From contig OY760686.1 in assembly GCA_963663865.1 (NCBI GenBank), forward strand, positions 2,688,001 through 2,752,000: 64,000 nucleotides of DNA. Reading direction: 5' to 3'. The position numbers and the translations under genes are program-made. Below, in pieces: positions 34,722-45,112 of the stretch. Under the pieces are notes generated by a model that saw only the letters and a list, made by a program, of their open reading frames with translations, was not told the origin of the DNA and did no database searches. The stretch comes from Spirochaetota bacterium. Its GTDB lineage: Bacteria; Spirochaetota; UBA4802; UBA5550. Each line of letters starts with the position of its first letter. Positions within the stretch are counted from its first letter, which is position 1.

Positions 34722-35792
34722 ATGAAATACATATACATATTTTATCTGACTGTCCTTGCGGCCATGTCTTCGTGCTCGTGCGGATGTTCAAACGATATCA
34801 ACTTCACTTATCCAAAATCATTCGAGCCTGTTACAGTTGATAGAAATACAATTTTTCTGTACCTCCCTGATTTCATGGGCCCATATGTCTTTGACACTAA
34901 ATCAAAAAAATGCATATACAAATATGATTTCACCGGATACTCTTTTGTTTCGAATATTGAACAGTTTTCTGACTATATATTTATAATGCTTAACGAAGAT
35001 GATGTCGATAGACAGGTAACCGTCAGCAAACTTATTCAAATTACCATTTCTACGGGAAAGGTTAAGGAAATTCCATTCTACGACGACATGCCATCAACCA
35101 TTGAAGTGATTGACAATAAGCTCTGGATTGACAGCGCCTATACCGACATGTACCCCAGAAAAATTCAGATCTATGATCCGGCAACTGGTGAGTATAATTA
35201 CATGAGTATTCCTCACCGTTTTACTGGTCAACCCGGGGGAAGAGTAGAAGGAGTCTTCTATACAAGCGTAGCGGCATCAGAACACGCACCTATTCTTGAC
35301 TGTTCTACCGGCGATACAATTGATACAATAGGCATATTCGGAGATACACTCTCTTCATTTCGTCAGACTTATCCTATTTTCTGCAGAGACCTCGGAAACA
35401 GCAACAGCGCTTATTTAGGTTTTTTATCGCATCACGCAACAGATGAGTCAAAAAATAAATACCCACTATTTAAGGTGGATTCACTGTCAAATAAAGAGTT
35501 CACACTACTGATGAATGGGCTTACCAGTGAAACAGGATCATACAGATATGCCCTTGAATATAACGACTACATCTATGTATTTTCTGTTGGAATGACACTG
35601 GGTGCCCCCTGCAGATTGTTCAAGTTTGATACAACAAACTACGAACTCGTTTATAAGATGGATGTTCCTGACATTGCCAGTTATATGAAATTCATCGACA
35701 ACACATTCTGGTTTGAAAAATCAGACCTGAAAAATGTATATTCAATAGACATCGAAACCCTGACAATCACAGAACATAAGGTCGATTTTTAA
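34722..35792 (+). CDS. Lipoprotein, beta-strand-rich (paralog 1)
   Basis: GGAG RBS; MKYIYIFYLTVLAAMSSCSCGC; clearly homologous to the next gene. Confidence 0.8.
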   Translation: MKYIYIFYLTVLAAMSSCSCGCSNDINFTYPKSFEPVTVDRNTIFLYLPDFMGPYVFDTKSKKCIYKYDFTGYSFVSNIEQFSDYIFIMLNEDDVDRQVTVSKLIQITISTGKVKEIPFYDDMPSTIEVIDNKLWIDSAYTDMYPRKIQIYDPATGEYNYMSIPHRFTGQPGGRVEGVFYTSVAASEHAPILDCSTGDTIDTIGIFGDTLSSFRQTYPIFCRDLGNSNSAYLGFLSHHATDESKNKYPLFKVDSLSNKEFTLLMNGLTSETGSYRYALEYNDYIYVFSVGMTLGAPCRLFKFDTTNYELVYKMDVPDIASYMKFIDNTFWFEKSDLKNVYSIDIETLTITEHKVDF

Positions 35793-35814
35793 TCGTTGTT
35801 ATCATGAAAAACTC

Positions 35815-35881
35815 AACTGAACAGGTTGACTCATAAAGCATATAGTGTAAAGGAAGCATGGTTCGACAGCGGGGCTTGAGA
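35815..35881. repeat. 67-bp direct repeat, second copy at 36958-37024
   Basis: AACTGAACAGGTT..TCATAAAGCATATAG..AGGAAGCATGGTTCGACAGCGGGGCTTGAGA in both copies. Confidence 0.9.
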
Positions 35882-35902
35882 TACTTCCTCATGGAGAAAA
35901 TA

Positions 35903-36979
35903 ATGAAATACATGTACATATTTTATCTGACTATCCTTGCGGCCATGTCTTCGTGCTCATGCGGATGCTCTGAGGATATAAGATTCACATATCCAAAATA
36001 CTTTGAGCCATTAAAGGTAAATGAAAACACTGCTTTTTTTTCACTTCCCGGTTTCAAAGGTATTTTCTCATTCAACACCGATACAAAGAAGATTCTTTAT
36101 AAATACGGTTTTACCGGATACTCTGAGATATCATATTATCAATTTACCTCCAATAATGAATTTATATTCATTATAATTGATGAAAATGACAACAACAGGG
36201 AGGTTACAGTAAGCAAGATCATTCAGATAACCGTCTCAACCGGAGAAGTAAAGGAGGTGCCCTTCTATGATGATATGCCTTCATTTATCGAGATGATTGA
36301 CGGCAAGCTCTGGGTTGACAGCGCTTACACCGATATATATCCGAGAAAAGTTCAGATATATGATCCGTTAACTGGTGAGATTAATTATATGAACATTCCA
36401 CACCGTTTTACAGGTCAGCCGGCAGGCCATGTCGAAGAGAATTACTACACGAGCGTATCCGCATCGGGTCACGAACCGCTGCTCAACTGCAGTACAGGTG
36501 AAATGGTTGACACTGTTTCAATATTCGGGGAATACCTTTCAAAGTACAGCTCATCATATCCTAAATTCTGCAGCGATCTGAACAACAAATCAAGCGCCTA
36601 TCTCGGATTCTATACATATAATACAACTAAAACAAACAACTTCCCGCTTTTTAAAATCGATTCGATTGACAGGAAAGAATTTAAACTGATTATAAACAGC
36701 CAGCTTACCAATACTGGAAGATTTTATTCTGCTTGTGAGCTTAACGGCTATCTCTATCTTGTATCATATACTGAATACACAGTAAAAAATCTGCTAATAA
36801 AGATGAACACAGAGAACTACAGCATTGAGTCAACTACCGTTCTTCCTGAAATGGGTGGGGGCTTTCAGTTCAAAAATAACAAATTCTGGTATCGAAAAAC
36901 TGATTCAACAAATGTCTACTCGGTTGATCCGGAAACCCTTGTAATTACAGAACATGTAACTGAACAGGTTAGTTCATAA
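35903..36979 (+). CDS. Lipoprotein, beta-strand-rich (paralog 2)
   Basis: Near-identical RBS and signal sequence to paralog 1; shared PFYDDMPS, DSAYTD, PHRFTGQP. Confidence 0.8.
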   Translation: MKYMYIFYLTILAAMSSCSCGCSEDIRFTYPKYFEPLKVNENTAFFSLPGFKGIFSFNTDTKKILYKYGFTGYSEISYYQFTSNNEFIFIIIDENDNNREVTVSKIIQITVSTGEVKEVPFYDDMPSFIEMIDGKLWVDSAYTDIYPRKVQIYDPLTGEINYMNIPHRFTGQPAGHVEENYYTSVSASGHEPLLNCSTGEMVDTVSIFGEYLSKYSSSYPKFCSDLNNKSSAYLGFYTYNTTKTNNFPLFKIDSIDRKEFKLIINSQLTNTGRFYSACELNGYLYLVSYTEYTVKNLLIKMNTENYSIESTTVLPEMGGGFQFKNNKFWYRKTDSTNVYSVDPETLVITEHVTEQVSS

Positions 36980-37238
36980 AGCATATAGCTAATAGGAAGC
37001 ATGGTTCGACAGCGGGGCTTGAGACAACTATGATATGGTTGAACGATAGCCCAATTATACAGTATGAACAAGCTGGAATAATATGATTCTATTCCAACGT
37101 CATATCTGAAACATAAATGGTCAACAGTATGAACAGGAACAAGCGGTTGTCGAAACGTGTGCAATCCTGTCCAGTTCAAGACCTTAAAAGGCCTTGAACT
37201 GCTCTATTGTTAACTTTACATCTATAAATATTTACGGT

Positions 37239-38168
37239 ATGAAAATGAGATTAAAAAGACTAATATACAAACTGATCCTCTTGGTGCTTCTTATAACAGC
37301 ATCACAAAATCATGGATGGGCAAAAAAGGAATCCGAATACCCGGTAAAGATAGAAACATCTCTGAACTCAAGTCTCGTGTATGGATCCCTGGGCGAATAC
37401 GTATATTCAGGAAGCCGTACCGTCAGCCGCCTCGACTGGGACATGCAGGGCATAGTGTTTACCGGATTCAGTATAAACGCGGAGATATCAAAGTCCTGCA
37501 TCATTCACGCTGAATTTAATTATGGGATTAGCGATGACGCGGGGCGGATCAGGGATTACGACTGGGAAAACTCAGACAGCCTTACAAACTACTCCAACCA
37601 CAGATGTATTCTCGAAAAAGCCTTTACCTTCAAAGCATCAGCCGGATACAGGCTTAGTCTGTCAGACAGCATAACTTTAACGCCAGACTTATTTATTTCA
37701 GCTTTCGATATAAAGCTTACGGCGCTTGACGGTTACTACCAGTATCCTCCTGATTCGGCGCCCATCGACCTGTACGGCACTGTTATCTCCTACCGGCAGC
37801 GTTATCTGATTCAGGGCATAGGAATCACCGCGGCTCTCTCTCTTAAAAAAATCAAGGTGAGTGCGGAACTTGCATATGGTTTCTGTGGGAAATGCAGGGC
37901 TGTTGACAGCCATCATCTTAGAGATACTGATTTTTACGACAGCTTCGATTCCGTCAAAATGTTTTCCGCGCGTGCAGCGGCGCAATTCAGCTTAACAGAA
38001 CATCACTTTGCCGGCCTATTCACCGGCCTTATTTCAATGCCGGAAACAAAAGGTGATGAATATCACATCGACACATCGAGCGGCGCCAGGTCCAACACGC
38101 TCCAGGACTCGGCAGGCGTTAAACTGAAACTGTATCAAACGGGCATCTACGCCGGCCTCAAAATCTGA
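37239..38168 (+). CDS. Omptin-family (OmpT/Pla-like) outer-membrane protease
   Basis: EYVY...SRLDW, IRDYDW, YSNH, VDSHHLR (DxH); beta-barrel alternation. Confidence 0.85.
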   Translation: MKMRLKRLIYKLILLVLLITASQNHGWAKKESEYPVKIETSLNSSLVYGSLGEYVYSGSRTVSRLDWDMQGIVFTGFSINAEISKSCIIHAEFNYGISDDAGRIRDYDWENSDSLTNYSNHRCILEKAFTFKASAGYRLSLSDSITLTPDLFISAFDIKLTALDGYYQYPPDSAPIDLYGTVISYRQRYLIQGIGITAALSLKKIKVSAELAYGFCGKCRAVDSHHLRDTDFYDSFDSVKMFSARAAAQFSLTEHHFAGLFTGLISMPETKGDEYHIDTSSGARSNTLQDSAGVKLKLYQTGIYAGLKI

Positions 38169-38209
38169 AAGCCCCGGCTCTTTCATTTCCGGGGCTTATC
38201 TGCCACCTG

Positions 38210-39610
38210 TTAAAAGTAAATGTCCCTCTTCCCTTCGTCTATCTCGCTTAAGACACCGGACATTTTCTCCCTGAGAGGGTCCTTATCCACCCCTGAAAGA
38301 AGTTCCTGGATCAGTTTCTCGCCTTTTTCCCTGGTGGAGGGCGACGCGAAGTCGTTCAAATACTCTTTAAAGGTAAAAACCGCGTTTGGCATGCAGTACT
38401 GTTTTATGAGCCCCGGCTTAGCCAGGTCCATGAAATCATGTCCAACGCGGCCCTTGCGGTAGCAGCCGGTGCAGAATGACGGAATGTAACCCTGTTCGGT
38501 TATGGCGGATATGACCTCATCGAGGTTACGGTGATCGCCGAGTGAAAACTGGCTTCCGGTCTTTCCTTCGCCCTCGGCGTAGGCCCCAGGGTTTGTTCGT
38601 GAGCCGGCCGATATCTGGCTAATGCCGTACTGGAAAAGCTCGGAGCGCATCTGCTCGTTTTCGCGTGTGCTGAGGATGATTCCGGTATAGGGCAGCGCGA
38701 TGCGTATTATTGCCACGATCTTTTTAAAGTCTTCGTCACTGACAGGGTATGGGATACTGCTTGTGAGCGGAGCATTGTCGGCGGGCTCAATCCTCGGGAC
38801 GCTTATCGTGTGAGGCCCGCAGTTGTACGTCTTCTCAAGATGGGCCGCGTGCTCCATAAGGGCGAGAACCTCGAATCGGTAATCGGCCAATCCAAACAGC
38901 ACACCCAGTCCGACATCGTCAATTCCCGCCTGCATGGCCCTGTCCATTACAGTGAGGCGGTAATCGTAGTCGGCCTTTGGCGTCCCCTTCGGATGATACT
39001 TTTTATAAAGCTCAGCATCGTATGTTTCCTGGAAACAGACATAGGTCCCTATTTTCTCGCTGTGAATCTTCCTGAAATCTTCGACTTCCATGGGCGCGAG
39101 CTCAACATTGATGCGTCTGATATAGTGGGCGTTTTCACGCACCGCGTACGTTGTCCTGATAGCCTCACACATATAGTCCGTATCGTTCTCGGGAGTCTCC
39201 CCGCAGATGAGAAGCGCCCTCTTGTGGCCGTCGCGCAGAAGTATCCGCACCTCCTGCTCTATCTCGCTCATGCTGAGGATCTTGCGTTTAAGCTCTCTGT
39301 TTGAAGTACGGAACGCGCAGTAAACGCAGTTGTTCACGCACTTGTTTCCTGTGTATATCGGCGCGAAAAGGACGAGCCTTTTTCCGTAGATGTTCTCCTT
39401 CACCTGATGTGCAGCGTTCATTATTCTGGATATCTGAGAGCTGTCCTCAACACGCAGAAGCGCGGCAACGTCCTCAAAGCCAAGCCCCTTCATCCTGAGC
39501 GAACGATTTAGTATTTCGTCAAGCTCAGCCGGTGTCGGCGGAGCGCCCTCTACGAGACTGTAAAGCTTATCCCTGTCTATAAATGTCTTTTCACGCGTTG
39601 ATGTGTTCAT
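38210..39610 (-). CDS. hydG: [FeFe]-hydrogenase H-cluster radical SAM maturase
   Basis: CVNNCVYC, FQETY, GPHTISVPR, SAGSRTNPG, SFCTGCYR. Confidence 0.95.
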   Translation of the reverse strand: MNTSTREKTFIDRDKLYSLVEGAPPTPAELDEILNRSLRMKGLGFEDVAALLRVEDSSQISRIMNAAHQVKENIYGKRLVLFAPIYTGNKCVNNCVYCAFRTSNRELKRKILSMSEIEQEVRILLRDGHKRALLICGETPENDTDYMCEAIRTTYAVRENAHYIRRINVELAPMEVEDFRKIHSEKIGTYVCFQETYDAELYKKYHPKGTPKADYDYRLTVMDRAMQAGIDDVGLGVLFGLADYRFEVLALMEHAAHLEKTYNCGPHTISVPRIEPADNAPLTSSIPYPVSDEDFKKIVAIIRIALPYTGIILSTRENEQMRSELFQYGISQISAGSRTNPGAYAEGEGKTGSQFSLGDHRNLDEVISAITEQGYIPSFCTGCYRKGRVGHDFMDLAKPGLIKQYCMPNAVFTFKEYLNDFASPSTREKGEKLIQELLSGVDKDPLREKMSGVLSEIDEGKRDIYF

Positions 39611-39866
39611 GCAGCTCCTCCCTGTATTTCGTCAGAACCGATTTAACCTCGGCCCCCTGAAGTCTGCCGATTTTTCCGGAAAGAGCGCCTATCTCGTCGG
39701 TTGTTCCCTCAACTATCAGGGATATTATATGGATGCCCCTGCCCCGTATGGGTATGCCCTGTCTTCCGATTATTGCGTCTGAATGATCGGACAGAATGGT
39801 ATTAAGCCTTGGGACGGCCGACTTGTCGGTCAGGAGTACGGCGAGAACGCCGAGTCTCTTTTCCAT
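39591..39866 (-). CDS. Iron-only hydrogenase system regulator (TM1266 family, ACT-like)
   Basis: LNTILSDHSDAIIGRQGIP...IGALSGKIGRLQG; coupled to hydG. Confidence 0.88.
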   Translation of the reverse strand: MEKRLGVLAVLLTDKSAVPRLNTILSDHSDAIIGRQGIPIRGRGIHIISLIVEGTTDEIGALSGKIGRLQGAEVKSVLTKYREELHEHINA

Positions 39867-39947
39867 CAGAATGCTCCTCTGGATCGGTCTGTTTTTGAAT
39901 CCTCACGCCTGCGGCCCGCTGAGGACGGCCGGCATTCAGATAGTTAC

Positions 39948-39976
39948 AATGTATTTTAACAACCTCAGCTGGTCAA
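39948..39976 (-). promoter_or_regulatory. Putative sigma70 promoter of the TM1266-hydG operon
   Basis: TTGACC-N17-TACATT. Confidence 0.55.
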
Positions 39977-39993
39977 GAATATAAACGCAATTC

Positions 39994-41748
39994 TTACAGA
40001 TTGATTGACGCCTGAGCCCTGAGCAGATCGTGTAGAGTCAGAATCCCGTGGACTGAGAGGGTCTTCCTGTCCAGAACTACGAGGGCGTTTGCAGTGGAAC
40101 CCACGAATCTGTCCCCGACCTCCCTGACCGTCTCGTCGCTGTAGCAAAAAACCGGGCTGTGCAGAACCGGCAGCTGCCTTGATTCAAGCGACGCCTGAAT
40201 CTCCTCCCTCGTCACGAATCCCTTCACCTTTGAACGCGAGAAAACAGGAAAAACATTGTATGGATAACGCGAAAGCTTTTCCTTCATTTCCTTTCTGTTG
40301 AGTCCCCTTAGCCCTACTAAATTCGGATTGGCTATTACGGATATTGACAGATTCTGCCAGCTCTGAAGGTCCTGCGGCGGTTTAATCTTATGAAGTTCAT
40401 TGCCGTCCTGAATAAGGATTTCATCATAGAAGTTCAGCCTGCTGAAGCGCTTTGACACGGCAAGACTGATTATCGTTCCAAGCATAAGCCCCGGCACAAG
40501 GGCAAACTGGTGAGTCATTTCAAACACAATGAGCATCGCCGTTAAGGGGGCATGAACAATCGCTCCCATACAGGCGCTCATTCCGACAGCGGCAAGCACA
40601 ATGTGGTCTTCAGCTCCCAGCGGTATGACCTGGCCGGTCAACCCGGCAATAAAGAATCCGGTCAGCCCTCCGATAAAAAGGGACGGCGCAAATATTCCGC
40701 CGCATCCCCCGAAGCTGTAACCGGCGATAGTGGCGATAAGCTTTCCGCATACCAGCAGTCCCGCGATCTTCCACTCGAACTGATTATTGAGGACGTCAGA
40801 GAGGTCCTGATATCCAAGCCCGAAGATGCCGATTTTGCCTGTCGCCGCAAAAATACCGCTTCCGATGACCCAGGTTATAAAGCCGCCGATTACAGGGAGC
40901 ATCCATCGCGGAATCCTTTTCTGGTTTTTAAGAATTCCCCTCCACGAAAGTGTCGTCCTGTGAAAGACCACCCCGGCGAATGAAGCCGCAAGGGCGACAA
41001 GCGGCACAACTGCGTAATGGACCCAGCTGATATTTTCAACCGACGGAATCGAAAAGGCGGGATGTCTTCCGAGCACAGCATGCACTGTAAAGGCTCCGAT
41101 AAGGGCTGAAAGAACAACGCGTCCGAGATACCTGTTGTTGATATCCCCCACCACCTCTTCAATAATAAAAGCAATGGCAGCCAGCGGGGTATTGAACGCG
41201 GCGGCAAGGCCGGCCGAGGCCCCTATAAGATTGGCCCCCCTGCGCTGACGTCTGCCTGTTCCGAAAAGCCCGCTAAGGTTTGAAGCAACCCCGCTTCCAA
41301 TATAAACAGAAGGGCCCTCTCGGCCGAGGCTGTTGCCCCCTCCAATACTCAGCGTGCCCGCGATCAGCTTCACAATGACCGGCGTCTTAGGGATATGCCC
41401 CAGCTCCTTCCAATATGCCATCTTCGCCTGGGGGATGCCACTCCCTGCTGCCTCGGGGCTGAACACATTCAGGAGGTACCCGACCATGGCCGAAGTGGTC
41501 ATTATCAAAATAAAGCTTGCAGTTATAAAAAAAAGAGGAGATTTCTGAGCAAATACCGTATAGGTTCTGGTAAAAATGAAGTTTGTCATGAAAAGAAAGG
41601 CTACAGCCGAAAGACCCGCCCCGAGGCTGAGAATACATGTCAGAATCACTGAACGGATATTTTCAGGAAATAGATTCAAAAAGCTCACGAATATTTTTTG
41701 GGAAAGCCCTGATACCTTTTTTACAACTCCGTCCATTTTATATCTCAT
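39994..41748 (-). CDS. ClC-family chloride channel/antiporter with CBS domains
   Basis: GSGIP, GREGP, GGIFAP motifs; C-terminal GILTLHDLL. Confidence 0.93.
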   Translation of the reverse strand: MRYKMDGVVKKVSGLSQKIFVSFLNLFPENIRSVILTCILSLGAGLSAVAFLFMTNFIFTRTYTVFAQKSPLFFITASFILIMTTSAMVGYLLNVFSPEAAGSGIPQAKMAYWKELGHIPKTPVIVKLIAGTLSIGGGNSLGREGPSVYIGSGVASNLSGLFGTGRRQRRGANLIGASAGLAAAFNTPLAAIAFIIEEVVGDINNRYLGRVVLSALIGAFTVHAVLGRHPAFSIPSVENISWVHYAVVPLVALAASFAGVVFHRTTLSWRGILKNQKRIPRWMLPVIGGFITWVIGSGIFAATGKIGIFGLGYQDLSDVLNNQFEWKIAGLLVCGKLIATIAGYSFGGCGGIFAPSLFIGGLTGFFIAGLTGQVIPLGAEDHIVLAAVGMSACMGAIVHAPLTAMLIVFEMTHQFALVPGLMLGTIISLAVSKRFSRLNFYDEILIQDGNELHKIKPPQDLQSWQNLSISVIANPNLVGLRGLNRKEMKEKLSRYPYNVFPVFSRSKVKGFVTREEIQASLESRQLPVLHSPVFCYSDETVREVGDRFVGSTANALVVLDRKTLSVHGILTLHDLLRAQASINL

Positions 41749-41965
41749 TGTCCTGTTTTATTTTCGGCCAAAACGCTGATTGCCTGGGCCTGCCCAGCCA
41801 GAGCCTCTAATGAGCGGCAAATATAGTTTTCCGGCCCGGCTCTCTTATTTTTTCATGTCTCACTTCGGCAACTACTATATGATCCGTCTCCGGTCAATAA
41901 GATTTAATGAGCTGTCCTAAAACATGGTCACATACGGATTAAACCGTCCACAAGACAGCTTCTGT

Positions 41966-44965
41966 TCAGCCGTTGATGCACTCCCAGACCTTCTTTGAAA
42001 GCTCTTCGATGCTGTAGGGCTTATTTATGAAACCGGCCGCTCCCTTTTGCATAATCGAGGCTATATTCTCGTGGCGGGTGAAACCCGAAGAAAGAAGAAC
42101 CTTAACATCAGAATTGATCTCTTTAAGCAGATGAAACGTGTCGACTCCGCTGATCTCAGGCATAATCAGGTCCAGAACAACAAGTTTGACTGCCGCGCTG
42201 TTCTCCCTGTAAAAATCGGCCGCGTCATAACCGCTGCTGAAAGCCTCAACGCTGTAGCCAAGACTTTTCAGTATTTTAGCTGCAGTGTTCCTCAGGATAT
42301 CCTCATCATCAACAACCATGATAAGCCCCTCGCCCTTATGGATCGGGGGCACGGCAGAGACCGTCACAGCCTCAGCACCGCCCGACTCGGCGATAGGCAA
42401 CATAATGCGAAAGACACTTCCTTTGCCGGGTTCTGATTTCACATCAATACTGCCGTTATGACTCTCAATGCAGCCGTAAACCGCGGCAAGGCCCAATCCG
42501 GTCCCTTTGCCGGAAGGCTTGGTTGTGAAATACGGCTCAAATATCCTGCTGAGGGTATCCGGCCCCATTCCCTTTCCGTTGTCTTCAACTGTCACAAGTA
42601 TATACTCTCCCGGCTGGAGCTCAAGACCCGCCGTCTCTCCGCCAATTACTGTGATGTTTTCAGTCGAGTAGGTTATTTCCCCTGAGCCTTCGATAGCATC
42701 GCGGGCGTTTATCCCCAGATTAAGAAGAGCGCTCTGCAGAGATACCGGATCGCCCATTACTCGGCTCTGTGCGGCGTGAAGGCTTTTTTTCACCGCAATC
42801 TGCCTGTCAATGCTTCTTGATAGAAAACGAACAGCCTCATCGATTATATTGTGGATATCAACCGGAACAGACAGAAGCCTCCCCTTTCTTGAAAAGCTTA
42901 GCAGACGCGCAGTCAGCTCAGCAGCCTGAGTTGATGAAAAAACAATATCGCGCACAAGTCCCCTTTTTTCCTCGTCGTCTGAAAGCATATTTTCGAGTAT
43001 CTGGGCTGAGCCAAGTATCACGGTCAGTATGTTGTTAAAGTCATGTGCAACGCCTCCGGCAAGCTGCCCTATTGTCTCCATTCTCTGCGACTGATGAAGC
43101 TGTTCCTGCAGCCTTATTTCCTCTGACATGTCTCTGAGGACAAGCACTACCCCCACGAGCATACCGTCAGTGTTTCTTATAGGAGCCGCACTTCCGGCTA
43201 TATTCGTAAGGCTACCGTCTCTGCAGACAAGGTAATAGTCCCTCCCCGCGAAGGCCGCAGGCCGGCCTGTTTCAATTACCTCTGTCACTGGATCAAGAAT
43301 ATCATCGCAGGACGGATTGCCGCATATTCTGACAAATTCCCGAAACATCTTTCCATGAATGTCATCGTGGTCCCAGCCTGTGATATCAAGCGCCCTCTGA
43401 TTGACCCTTGTAGTTATCCCGCTGGCATCGGTGGAGATGACACCCTCGCCTATTGATTCAAGCGTTATACGCAGATTTTCCTCGCTCTGTGCTACTATCT
43501 CCTGAATTTTTTTCTGTTCGACAATGTCCCTCATTATCAGAGATACGAATCCGCTTTTCATCCTGGTTTCGGAGTGGATCATAGCAGTAACTGAAACAGG
43601 GATTTCATTACCGGAAGACGTCTTAATTCGAAGTTCCCCGCTCCAAATCCCGTCAAGTCTTACGTACTCAAGAATTCTTTCCACAGCTGACCGTTCATCG
43701 GCAGGAAACAAGCGGTAGATATCAAAGCCCGGTACAGCATCTTCGCCGAGAGAAAAAGCTGCCCGCCCGGCCCTGTTGATATAGACAGGCATCAGATCCA
43801 TGCCTATGGTACAGACTATGTGATTCGTAGCTTCAAGAATATCAGCGAGACGTTTGAGCTTTGATTCGGCATTTGCTTTCAAAACACGGCTCACGATAAG
43901 AAATAGAGTCAACGCGACAAGCACAGGAAATAGAAATACTATCGTCCATATCTGGTAGAAGTATCGGTGATAGAAGGATGCCGGCATGTTAACCACATGT
44001 GCATCTGAGGGAATTCTGGAGACAGGTATTTTAAACTTTTTAAGCGCTTCGTAGTCAACCATGAGATGCCGGACTGGATTGTCTATCACGGGAATACTGT
44101 CGGCGGCAACCCCCGTTAATATTTGGCTCGTCATCTCCGCTGCCTTTATGCCCTGAACTGTACCTGAGAGAAGGCTGCCCCCCGCCACGCCCCCGCTGAA
44201 TCGGGTCTCGTCAATTGTGTAAACCGGAACATTGGCTCCTGAAGCGAAATATGGCCCGGTGCGTCCCGAGTCAAAGACCCTGCCTTCACTGTCAGTATTG
44301 TACCCGAGAAGAAGGACAGCCGTATCACGCGGCAGGGATGATATTCTACTGAGCGTTTTTTTTGAGCTTTCTTCAGGCAAAAATCTGAACCTGAACTGCT
44401 TATAAAAAGGCATTACATCAACGAGATTTTTTTTTGTTCCAATACCGCTTTCGGTGTAGTCGTGAACAACGACAATCTCTCTGACCTCAGGCTGCAGTAT
44501 CCCGATGAGATCAAGGGTGCCCGATGGGTCCCACTTTTCAGTAATGCCCGTTACGTTTTTCCTTCCCCTGACAATCCCGGAAGGCGGCCCGTTGATTCCG
44601 CAGAAAACAACCGGCACCCCCGGAAAGAGCCATTCCCTGTAATCGAGGGCAAACGACAACGCGGCGTTGTCCGACGTGATAATGACTGAAAATTTATGTT
44701 TGAGAGTTTTGCTTTTAAGGTACGCAAGAAAGGCCTTACGGACGTCATTATCGGTATGACGTTTGACGTCCATATACTCAATGTGCAGTTCCGGAGAAAC
44801 TCCTCTTTCCCTGAACCCTCTGTTTATTCCGTCCATTACAAGGCCGGTCCAGGTAAATCCCGGATGGTAGGAGTGAAGTACCAGAACATCCGGCCACTGA
44901 CCGGAATAAAGCGCCCCTGAACACAGCAGAGATATTAGAGCTGTCAGAATGACCCCGCATTTCAT
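41966..44965 (-). CDS. Hybrid histidine kinase (periplasmic ABC-type binding domain, PAS, HisKA, HATPase, REC)
   Basis: [28 protein letters not shown]. Confidence 0.93.
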   Translation of the reverse strand: MKCGVILTALISLLCSGALYSGQWPDVLVLHSYHPGFTWTGLVMDGINRGFRERGVSPELHIEYMDVKRHTDNDVRKAFLAYLKSKTLKHKFSVIITSDNAALSFALDYREWLFPGVPVVFCGINGPPSGIVRGRKNVTGITEKWDPSGTLDLIGILQPEVREIVVVHDYTESGIGTKKNLVDVMPFYKQFRFRFLPEESSKKTLSRISSLPRDTAVLLLGYNTDSEGRVFDSGRTGPYFASGANVPVYTIDETRFSGGVAGGSLLSGTVQGIKAAEMTSQILTGVAADSIPVIDNPVRHLMVDYEALKKFKIPVSRIPSDAHVVNMPASFYHRYFYQIWTIVFLFPVLVALTLFLIVSRVLKANAESKLKRLADILEATNHIVCTIGMDLMPVYINRAGRAAFSLGEDAVPGFDIYRLFPADERSAVERILEYVRLDGIWSGELRIKTSSGNEIPVSVTAMIHSETRMKSGFVSLIMRDIVEQKKIQEIVAQSEENLRITLESIGEGVISTDASGITTRVNQRALDITGWDHDDIHGKMFREFVRICGNPSCDDILDPVTEVIETGRPAAFAGRDYYLVCRDGSLTNIAGSAAPIRNTDGMLVGVVLVLRDMSEEIRLQEQLHQSQRMETIGQLAGGVAHDFNNILTVILGSAQILENMLSDDEEKRGLVRDIVFSSTQAAELTARLLSFSRKGRLLSVPVDIHNIIDEAVRFLSRSIDRQIAVKKSLHAAQSRVMGDPVSLQSALLNLGINARDAIEGSGEITYSTENITVIGGETAGLELQPGEYILVTVEDNGKGMGPDTLSRIFEPYFTTKPSGKGTGLGLAAVYGCIESHNGSIDVKSEPGKGSVFRIMLPIAESGGAEAVTVSAVPPIHKGEGLIMVVDDEDILRNTAAKILKSLGYSVEAFSSGYDAADFYRENSAAVKLVVLDLIMPEISGVDTFHLLKEINSDVKVLLSSGFTRHENIASIMQKGAAGFINKPYSIEELSKKVWECING

Positions 44966-45112
44966 TTACTTGCCCTTTCTTGCGGCTGCATTCCCTCTTC
45001 TCCCCCCTGTGCACAGCAGTTGAGCACATTCTACCACCGTACCGCCGTCATGTCAATATGTGAGCTGCCGTTTACCGCTGCAGGCCAGGAATCAGTTCCT
45101 TTACAATCAGGG

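Noticed and set aside
35815-37024. CRISPR array or integron attC sites
   Set aside because: Only two repeat copies 1.1 kb apart, no clear internal dyad, no cas or integrase gene.
41749-41960. Fluoride riboswitch upstream of the ClC gene
   Set aside because: Consensus not seen; the protein has chloride-type GSGIP/GREGP motifs.
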